Source: Candidatus Nanobsidianus stetteri (GTDB lineage Archaea; Nanobdellota; Nanobdellia; Nanobdellales; Nanobdellaceae). Taken from it: a stretch of DNA of 23,031 nt. Below the pieces are notes generated by a model that was not told the origin of the DNA, made no database searches, and was given only the letters and a program-made list of their open reading frames with translations. The position numbers were made by a program, and so were the translations under genes. Below, one piece after another: positions 9,056 through 14,891 of this stretch. How positions within the stretch are numbered: position 1 is the stretch's first letter; the number at the start of each line of letters is the position of its first letter. The DNA lies in NCBI RefSeq assembly GCF_003086415.1, contig NZ_QEFP02000001.1:1-23031 (forward strand), written 5' to 3'.

Positions 9056-9519
9056 TAAATATTATTGTATAAAAATTTTTTATTTATATTTTCCAGATAT
9101 TCTTTCAAATAATTTAAAACTATTTCCTTATCCTTTTTATAATGATCAAAACTTATTTTTAATAAAAAGGAATCTTCTGTATAATGTAATTTAATAATTT
9201 TATTTAATGTCAATTCATTCTTATCAATTCTTAGATAAATATTATAATTCTCATCAAAGTTGCAATTACTTTTTATATTTTCAAACTTTAATCCTAAAGA
9301 AATTAAATTTCTAAAAAATATATCTATGCTATTTTTATTATTAATTTTTATTTCATATACCTCAATTATATTACTTATTAATCCTTTGTCTTTATAATTA
9401 TTTATCTCTATCTTTTTTCTATCAATATCTTTTAATAATAAATCAATTGCATTTAATATTCTATTTTTATCATCCCATTCATGTATATTTACCCTTAATA
9501 GCACAAAAGAAATCCTCAT
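9055..9519 (-). CDS. Hypothetical 154-aa protein, first gene of the mre11-rad50 operon; weak resemblance to the COG1931/DUF54 RNA-binding family
   Basis: Its stop overlaps the mre11 ATG by 1 nt (TAATG at 9053-9057). It has no Walker motif, so it is not HerA. It is too short for NurA and lacks NurA motifs. The N-terminal RISFVLLRVNIHEWDDKNRILNAIDLLL loosely recalls the strand-H-x-T-E-D-x-x-K-V pattern of DUF54. I cannot verify this here. Confidence 0.5.
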   Translation of the reverse strand: MRISFVLLRVNIHEWDDKNRILNAIDLLLKDIDRKKIEINNYKDKGLISNIIEVYEIKINNKNSIDIFFRNLISLGLKFENIKSNCNFDENYNIYLRIDKNELTLNKIIKLHYTEDSFLLKISFDHYKKDKEIVLNYLKEYLENINKKFLYNNI

Positions 9520-9538
9520 TACAATTATATAAATAAAT

Positions 9539-9555
9539 AGAAAAGTTTATATTTA
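9539..9555 (+). promoter_or_regulatory. BRE/TATA promoter of pilin-like gene A1 (leaderless geometry)
   Basis: AGAAAAGTTTATATTTA, with the TATA centre about 25 nt upstream of the ATG at 9576. A near-identical element precedes paralog A2. Confidence 0.5.
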
Positions 9556-9575
9556 TAAAAAGCTTTATATTTAAA

Positions 9576-10064
9576 ATGGTAAAAAGAACTCAGGGTTTAC
9601 CTTTAAATACTATAATTTTGGCAATTATTGCAATAGTTGTATTGGTATTTCTTATATTAATATTCACTGGTGGAATTGGAAAATTCGTTGGACAAACTAG
9701 TCCATTTACTTCATCTAATCAAACAAATAATGCACTATGTTCAGAATATGCATCAGCAATAAACACACAAATGGGAACTTCTACCGATCCAAATGCTCAA
9801 TTACAAATGTTAGCAAATTCTCAATATGTAACTTCTAACTGTAGTATTTATTTCCAATATTCATTTACTTTATATAATGGTTCTGAAGTTGAATGTGGAC
9901 TTGGTTCAAACGCTTGTATAATGCTCAATTCTAACTCGGGTTCCGGCTCCGGTTCTGGTTCTGGAGGATCTGGTGGATCAGGAGGATCTTCTAGTTCCAG
10001 TAATACTGGTTCTGGATCTTCTTGTGCACCTCCAAATGGTATACCAGGCTGTGAACTTAAATAA
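9576..10064 (+). CDS. Pilin-like secreted/surface protein A1 (class III signal-like N-terminus, 6 Cys, Gly/Ser-rich spacer)
   Basis: The N-terminus MVKRTQGLPLNTIILAIIAIVVLVFLILIF is a short basic leader plus about 20 hydrophobic residues. There are six cysteines and N-x-S/T sequons (NQT, NCS, NGS). It is a paralog of 10145-10564 and lies next to a FlaI/PilB-family ATPase cluster. Confidence 0.6.
   Translation: MVKRTQGLPLNTIILAIIAIVVLVFLILIFTGGIGKFVGQTSPFTSSNQTNNALCSEYASAINTQMGTSTDPNAQLQMLANSQYVTSNCSIYFQYSFTLYNGSEVECGLGSNACIMLNSNSGSGSGSGSGGSGGSGGSSSSSNTGSGSSCAPPNGIPGCELK
9927..10022 (+). repeat. Gly/Ser-rich low-complexity coding tract (NSNSGSGSGSGSGGSGGSGGSSSSSNTGSGSS), specific to paralog A1
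   Basis: Read from the translation. It is locally GC-richer than its surroundings, uses mixed codons (ggt/gga/ggc, tct/tcc/tca/agt), and is absent from paralog A2. Confidence 0.85.
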
Positions 10065-10067
10065 AGA

Positions 10068-10080
10068 TTTATTTTTTATT
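10068..10080 (+). terminator. Oligo-T terminator candidate after A1
   Basis: TTTATTTTTTATT begins 4 nt after the stop codon and is duplicated after A2. Confidence 0.35.
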
Positions 10081-10108
10081 GCTAAATATTATTTATAAGG
10101 AAATACAT

Positions 10109-10125
10109 AGAAAATTTTATATTTA
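10109..10125 (+). promoter_or_regulatory. BRE/TATA promoter of pilin-like gene A2
   Basis: AGAAAATTTTATATTTA, with the TATA centre about 25 nt upstream of the ATG at 10145. It is a duplicate of the 9539-9555 element. Confidence 0.5.
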
Positions 10126-10144
10126 TAAAAAAATTTATATTTAA

Positions 10145-10564
10145 ATGATAAAAAGAACTCAGAATTTGCCTTTAAATACTATAATTCTAGCAATTATTGC
10201 AATAGCTATAGTTGTATTTCTTATTGGAAATTTCATTCTACCACCTAATCAACCAACTCCGCCAACCCCTCCAACTCCATCACCCAATCAAAAAATTTTT
10301 GCGCTATGTTCAGAATATGCATCAGCAATAAACACACAAATGGGAACTTCTACCGATCCAAATGCTCAATTACAAATGTTAGCAAATTCTCAATATGTAA
10401 CTTCTAACTGTAGTATTTATTTCCAATATTCATTTACTTTATATAATGGTTCTGAAGTTGAATGTGGACTTGGTCCAAACTTATGTATAAACCTTTCTGG
10501 AAGTAGCTGTAGTCCATCTATTGCTAGTCCACCCAATGCCATACCTGGTTGTGAACTTAAATAA
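10145..10564 (+). CDS. Pilin-like secreted/surface protein A2 (class III signal-like N-terminus, 6 Cys, Pro/Thr-rich spacer)
   Basis: The N-terminus is MIKRTQNLPLNTIILAIIAIAIVVFLIGNF. The core ALCSEYASAINTQMGTSTDPNAQLQMLANSQYVTSNCSIYFQYSFTLYNGSEVECGLG is identical to A1, as is the C-terminal IPGCELK. Confidence 0.6.
   Translation: MIKRTQNLPLNTIILAIIAIAIVVFLIGNFILPPNQPTPPTPPTPSPNQKIFALCSEYASAINTQMGTSTDPNAQLQMLANSQYVTSNCSIYFQYSFTLYNGSEVECGLGPNLCINLSGSSCSPSIASPPNAIPGCELK
10241..10291 (+). repeat. Pro/Thr-rich low-complexity tract (PPNQPTPPTPPTPSPNQ), specific to paralog A2
   Basis: Read from the translation. It lies directly after the N-terminal hydrophobic helix. The homologous A1 segment has the same length but is strongly diverged. 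Confidence 0.85.
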
Positions 10565-10567
10565 AAA

Positions 10568-10580
10568 TTTATTTTTTATT
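10568..10580 (+). terminator. Oligo-T terminator candidate after A2
   Basis: A duplicate of 10068-10080, placed between the A2 stop and the ATG at 10595. Confidence 0.35.
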
Positions 10581-10594
10581 GCTAAATATTATTT

Positions 10595-11233
10595 ATGATA
10601 GATAAAAATTATGTTTCATCTATTTTAGGTATATCAAAAACAAAATTACAAGAATTAATAAATGAAAAAATAAAGCAATATAAAAATTTAATTGATGAAG
10701 AAACAGCTATTTTATTGATATTAAAAGAAAGAGGACTAACATTAGAAGATTTATATAATATAAAAGTAAAAAATTTATATCCAGGATTAAAAGTAAGAGA
10801 AATAAAATTAAAGATAAATAAAATATTAATAAAAAAGGATAATTTAATAATTCTAGAAGCTGGAGATGAAACAGGATTAATTAAGTTAATAATTAAAGAT
10901 TATAAATGGAAAAGAAAAGAGAACTTATTAAAGGAAAATATTAACATAAAAGTAAAAAATGGTGTTGTTCTAAATAACTTTGTTCTATCAATATTCATAA
11001 ATAATATAGATCTAATAGAGAAGATAGATGAAGATATAAATCTAAATCAAAATTATATATCATATAGACATATAAGATTATTAAAAGAAAGAGAGAATAA
11101 TTATATAGTATTAACAGACAATTTTAATGTATTATATTTAGAAAAGAATATTCAATTAGAATATAATAAAACATATACAATAAAATTTTATAATAAAAGG
11201 CCCATCGAAATTATTGAATTAAAATCCTACTAA
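10595..11233 (+). CDS. Putative single-stranded DNA-binding protein, RPA-like (one OB fold)
   Basis: The N-terminal helical segment LIDEETAILLILKERGL is followed by IKVKNLYPGLKVREIKLKINKIL...LEAGDETGLIKLIIKDYKW. This follows the euryarchaeal RPA pattern as I recall it (L.PG...V.I..RV ... DETG.I.L..W). The identification rests on pattern only. Confidence 0.45.
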   Translation: MIDKNYVSSILGISKTKLQELINEKIKQYKNLIDEETAILLILKERGLTLEDLYNIKVKNLYPGLKVREIKLKINKILIKKDNLIILEAGDETGLIKLIIKDYKWKRKENLLKENINIKVKNGVVLNNFVLSIFINNIDLIEKIDEDINLNQNYISYRHIRLLKERENNYIVLTDNFNVLYLEKNIQLEYNKTYTIKFYNKRPIEIIELKSY

Positions 11234-13003
11234 ACTCATTAATTTATCTGGATTGTTATAATACATACTCATAATTTCTGCAATCTTTCTATAATTTCTT
11301 ATATTATTTTCTAGCATATATTCTAATACCCTTATTTTAAATTTGAAGTTGGTTTCTATATCATTTTTATTCCAATTTCTAATTTCAGCAATTTTATTTA
11401 ATACATAACTTTCTCCCGGTATATATGAATCATCCTTAGGATTCCATCTAAATGAAATTATCCTATCTACATCCTTTTTTTCTTTATTAAATCCTATTAT
11501 TTCATATATTTTATCTACCCTTCTTACATATTTTCCTTGATATCTCAATCTCTTAAGAAATACAACTCCATCCAATACTTCCAATAAAGATGGAGGTAAA
11601 TTAATTGGAGGGGATAATAATCTATCCATTAATGCTTCAAAACTTTCTGCATGTATAGTACCCAAACCAGCATGACCTGTTGCCATTGCCTGAAATAATA
11701 TATAAGCTTCCTCACCTCTTACCTCACCTACAATTATATAATCTGGTCTCTGTCTCAAAGCAGCTTTTAATAGATCAAACATAGTAACTTCACCATATCT
11801 ATTTGGACCATATCCTGGTCTTGCAACTTCTGATAACCAGTTTGGATGTGGTAACTTTAATTCTGCAGTATCTTCTATTGATATTATCTTTTTCTCTGGT
11901 TTGATAAATAGAGATATTGCATTTAAGAATGATGTTTTACCTGTAGCAGTTCCTCCAGATATTAATAATGACCTACCTTCTTCTATTAATGTCCATAAAT
12001 ATGCCAGCATATTAAAGTCAACAGTTCCATATAATAGTAGATCAATTGGCGTGAATGGATCTTCTGTAAATTTTCTAATTGTAAATGAAGAACCTCTCCT
12101 AGAAATATCTTTTCCAAAGGTTATTTGAATTCTTGCTCCATTAGGTAAAGCAGCATCTAATAAAGGATTTGCAACAGAAACAATTCTTCCAGTCCTTACA
12201 GATAACTTTATTACAAAATTATCCAATTCTTCATCAGAATTAAATTGCAAATTTGTTTTTATTTCACCTATTAATGGATTTCTATGGAATATATATATTG
12301 GATAATTTATACCTGTACAGGATATATCTTCTATTAATGGATCTCTCATTAATGGATCTATTATTCCATAACCAATTGTATCCCTTATTATGTAATATAA
12401 TATATATGGTAATTTATTTGGGTCTATCTTATATCCTTTTTCTTTTATTATATTTAAAGATTGCTTTATTATATAATTTTTCATATATTCTTCATTTTTT
12501 TCCATTCCTAAAGGAAGTTCGGATGTTCTTGCTAAATCATCAATTATTGAATTTATAATTTTTCTATCATTTTTATCTATACTAGGTTCTATTACATGAT
12601 ATACAAGCTCCCCATATTCATTATCCCATGATATATCTGCATATGCAAAGATATATTCTCTACCAAGAATATTCATCTTTGTTAGTGGATATCTAAATTG
12701 ATTTATATTTTCATTTTTTCCATACAATTCTATAAAAAAATTAATTTTATCTTTTTCAGTAATTTTTCTATTTTCTGTAGGTATATTAACAAAATTTATA
12801 TTATAAACTTTTTTGTTTCTTTTTTTCTTCTTTCTTTTTTCATATTTATTATTGTTTAATGGTATATAAATTGGTTGATATCCATTATTTGCACCCCCTA
12901 TTATATTTATTTTCTCAGTTCTTTCATTTAATTTTCTTTTTATTTCAATCTTTTTTCTTATTACATCTACAACATCATCAATAAAATCATAAATGTTATT
13001 CAT
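11219..13003 (-). CDS. Type IV filament assembly ATPase, FlaI/ArlI-PilB (GspE/VirB11) family
   Basis: Shows Walker A SGGTATGKTS, an Asp box/Walker B region (RQRPDYIIVGEVRGEEA) and a His box (ATGHAGLGTIHA), plus LVYHVIEP in the N-terminal domain as in FlaI-like proteins. The N-terminus is extended and carries a KRKKKKRNKK insert. Confidence 0.88.
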   Translation of the reverse strand: MNNIYDFIDDVVDVIRKKIEIKRKLNERTEKINIIGGANNGYQPIYIPLNNNKYEKRKKKKRNKKVYNINFVNIPTENRKITEKDKINFFIELYGKNENINQFRYPLTKMNILGREYIFAYADISWDNEYGELVYHVIEPSIDKNDRKIINSIIDDLARTSELPLGMEKNEEYMKNYIIKQSLNIIKEKGYKIDPNKLPYILYYIIRDTIGYGIIDPLMRDPLIEDISCTGINYPIYIFHRNPLIGEIKTNLQFNSDEELDNFVIKLSVRTGRIVSVANPLLDAALPNGARIQITFGKDISRRGSSFTIRKFTEDPFTPIDLLLYGTVDFNMLAYLWTLIEEGRSLLISGGTATGKTSFLNAISLFIKPEKKIISIEDTAELKLPHPNWLSEVARPGYGPNRYGEVTMFDLLKAALRQRPDYIIVGEVRGEEAYILFQAMATGHAGLGTIHAESFEALMDRLLSPPINLPPSLLEVLDGVVFLKRLRYQGKYVRRVDKIYEIIGFNKEKKDVDRIISFRWNPKDDSYIPGESYVLNKIAEIRNWNKNDIETNFKFKIRVLEYMLENNIRNYRKIAEIMSMYYNNPDKLMSLVGF

Positions 13004-13034
13004 ATATTTAATGAAAACTTGGGAAAATATAAAT

Positions 13035-13418
13035 TTAACTTAGATATAAAATAGAATTTGAAGAATAATTGTTATATTGTAAAAAGAAAGAGTTCAAACC
13101 TTGACCATAAATAGGATGAAAGTAAGAGTTATTATTATTCAAATTTATTGATAATAAATTTCCATTATAAGATATATATACAATATTATTAATCGCACTT
13201 ATTGAAAATTTATAATTTTGTGAAGGTTGACAAAAAAGATTTGCATCATATAGGTAAGAATAGTATATACAAAACTCAACATTCGATTCTATATAATTTA
13301 AAACTATTTTATCATAATTTGATGGATTTGTTATATGATTGAAATATAGAATCATTGATTGGGAAATAAAAAATAATATTAAAGTTATTAATACAATTTC
13401 TATTGCATTTACCGGCAT
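13035..13418 (-). CDS. Hypothetical pilin-like protein (127 aa) with N-terminal hydrophobic helix
   Basis: The N-terminus MPVNAIEIVLITLILFFISQSMILYF is followed by an N/Y/S-rich, probably beta-rich extracellular domain. Its ATG overlaps the stop of the 282-aa gene by 1 nt (TAATG), and it lies directly upstream of the ATPase. Confidence 0.45.
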   Translation of the reverse strand: MPVNAIEIVLITLILFFISQSMILYFNHITNPSNYDKIVLNYIESNVEFCIYYSYLYDANLFCQPSQNYKFSISAINNIVYISYNGNLLSINLNNNNSYFHPIYGQGLNSFFLQYNNYSSNSILYLS

Positions 13419-14266
13419 TATACAATAGAAGCTTGTACATAGTAGTATACTAATTGATTACAAACAGTAGAATTTGGATTATTAATAATATTTAATCCAT
13501 TATATTGCAAGTTTACATTAATAGAATTTCCATTTGTTGTAGTTGATGTTTCTCCTGTTGGTTCTATTATTATCCATTCGCATTGCCTATTTTGAGGATT
13601 ATACATTGGCCTACATGCTACCTGATATTGTATAACTCCGCTCAACTGGGTTGCTGAAAGCAAACACTCTGGATAATATGATGATCCTGCTATTCCAGTA
13701 TTATATTGAGGAATAAATAATACATTATTATTCTGAACTTCTATATTAAAATCAAAATATTGTGTTATAACATTATTAGTATTTGCTAAAGGCAATATTA
13801 GAGTATTATTGTTCACATCTTGTATTATTATATTAGAAGAATTCACCTTAACTATAAGATCAGGAATACCGCATAATTGAATAGAATTATAACCGGATGA
13901 AGGTATTGAAATAGAATTATTAACATTACATGGAATATATGTATAGTAATTATAATTTATTGGAATTACGGAAATAGATGGATTATAATAAATTGCAGGG
14001 GACTGAAATGAATATTGAATTAAATTATTATATATATTCAAAGAACCCTCAGGTAAATTTAATGTAACTGTTTGAGATCCTCTACTTTGTACAACAGATG
14101 GTATAGTTTCTGCCAAAGAAGTTAATTGACTCTGTATATCATTTATTGTAGATCTAATTTGAGATTTTTGTATTAGTGGTATACCCCATTCATATATCCC
14201 CATTGACAAACCAACTACAATAAGCCCTAACAATAAATAACTAACAAGCTGAGATTGTAATTTCAT
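13418..14266 (-). CDS. Hypothetical pilin-like / filament-associated protein (282 aa) with class III signal-like N-terminus
   Basis: MKLQSQLVSYLLLGLIVVGLSMGIYEWGIPLI resembles archaeal pilin N-terminal domains: a hydrophobic helix followed by an aromatic Y-x-W. The rest is N/S/T/Y-rich, with 6 Cys and 4 N-x-S/T sequons. Confidence 0.45.
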   Translation of the reverse strand: MKLQSQLVSYLLLGLIVVGLSMGIYEWGIPLIQKSQIRSTINDIQSQLTSLAETIPSVVQSRGSQTVTLNLPEGSLNIYNNLIQYSFQSPAIYYNPSISVIPINYNYYTYIPCNVNNSISIPSSGYNSIQLCGIPDLIVKVNSSNIIIQDVNNNTLILPLANTNNVITQYFDFNIEVQNNNVLFIPQYNTGIAGSSYYPECLLSATQLSGVIQYQVACRPMYNPQNRQCEWIIIEPTGETSTTTNGNSINVNLQYNGLNIINNPNSTVCNQLVYYYVQASIV

Positions 14267-14298
14267 TTTATAAATATATTAAAAAATTTTATTAATTT

Positions 14299-14850
14299 TT
14301 ATATCATCCTGTTATAACTTTGTATTGATGAACTTGTATAACTTGTACTTTGATTACTTTTTATACCCTCTATTTGTTTCTTAAGATTATCTAATAATTC
14401 TGCCACTTTTAGATTGGCTTTTTCTAAGTTTTCTATTCTCTTTAATAGTTCTATATTATTTTCATTTTTTTCTTTCTCTTTTGGCCTTAATAAAGCAGCT
14501 TCTTTAAATATATCAAATAAATTCTTTATTTCTCTATATAAATTATTTGTAACAACCACCAATTCTGATATTCTTGCTTGTAAGTCTATATTACTTTTTA
14601 TTAATGAATTTACAATTTCCTTATAAAATGATGTATCTATGTTTGATTGTGCATAATACATTTGAGCTTGAGCTTCCTTTTTAATTATTGGATTTGTTTC
14701 AGATGGTATTGAAACTTGTCTTTTTATTTCTTCAATATTATTTTTTAAATCATTTTTTAATGTAGCTAAATCGTCCTTTAAATTTTCTATCTCTTCAATC
14801 AATTTTTCAACAGGATCTGTTGGCATAAGTTCATACTCTTGCGATGGCAT
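14299..14850 (-). CDS. Hypothetical soluble coiled-coil protein (183 aa), first gene of the ATPase cluster
   Basis: There are heptad-like K/E/L/N-rich segments at both ends (EKLIEEIENLKDDLATLKNDLKNNIEEIK and IELLKRIENLEKANLKVAELLDNLKKQIEGIK) and no TM segment. It has its own TATA about 25 nt upstream. Confidence 0.5.
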   Translation of the reverse strand: MPSQEYELMPTDPVEKLIEEIENLKDDLATLKNDLKNNIEEIKRQVSIPSETNPIIKKEAQAQMYYAQSNIDTSFYKEIVNSLIKSNIDLQARISELVVVTNNLYREIKNLFDIFKEAALLRPKEKEKNENNIELLKRIENLEKANLKVAELLDNLKKQIEGIKSNQSTSYTSSSIQSYNRMI

Positions 14851-14870
14851 AAAAAAATAAAAAATTTTGA

Positions 14871-14886
14871 TATTTATAAATCTTTT
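14871..14886 (-). promoter_or_regulatory. BRE/TATA promoter for the 183-aa coiled-coil gene
   Basis: The minus strand reads AAAAGATTTATAAATA, with the TATA centre about 25 nt upstream of the ATG (14850). It sits in the 41-nt gap after the thermosome stop. Confidence 0.4.
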
Positions 14887-14891
14887 AAAAA

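Larger units (their letters stand above)
9531..10096 (+). repeat. Tandem duplication unit A (promoter + pilin-like gene A1 + terminator/3' flank)
   Basis: It aligns head-to-tail with 10101-10596. The promoter/signal segment is similar, 9735-9905 is 100% identical to 10304-10474, and the 3' flank 10061-10096 matches 10561-10596 with 1 mismatch. The junction is at 10097-10100. Confidence 0.9.
10101..10596 (+). repeat. Tandem duplication unit B (promoter + pilin-like gene A2 + terminator/3' flank)
   Basis: See unit A. Its right end abuts the ATG (10595-10597) of the next gene. The equivalent position in unit A reads ATA. Confidence 0.9.

Noticed and set aside
9927-10022. Gly/Ser tract as a slippage-prone microsatellite (phase-variation switch)
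   Set aside because: The tract uses heterogeneous codons (ggt/ggc/gga with tcc/tct/tca/agt) and has no long perfect tandem nucleotide unit, so slipped-strand phase variation is unlikely. It looks like a flexible linker.
10024-10064. C-terminal PPN-x-IPGCELK as a PGF-CTERM-type archaeosortase sorting signal
   Set aside because: Known archaeosortase signals need a TM helix and a basic cluster after the motif. Here only three residues follow, and reading through the TAA gives just seven more codons before another stop. It is kept only as an unexplained conserved terminus.
11901-12558. Plus-strand ORFs 11901-12128 and 12253-12558 inside the ATPase gene
   Set aside because: They are antisense to the conserved Walker A/B region of the FlaI-like ATPase. 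The translations are L/Y/I/F-rich nonsense typical of AT-rich antisense frames.
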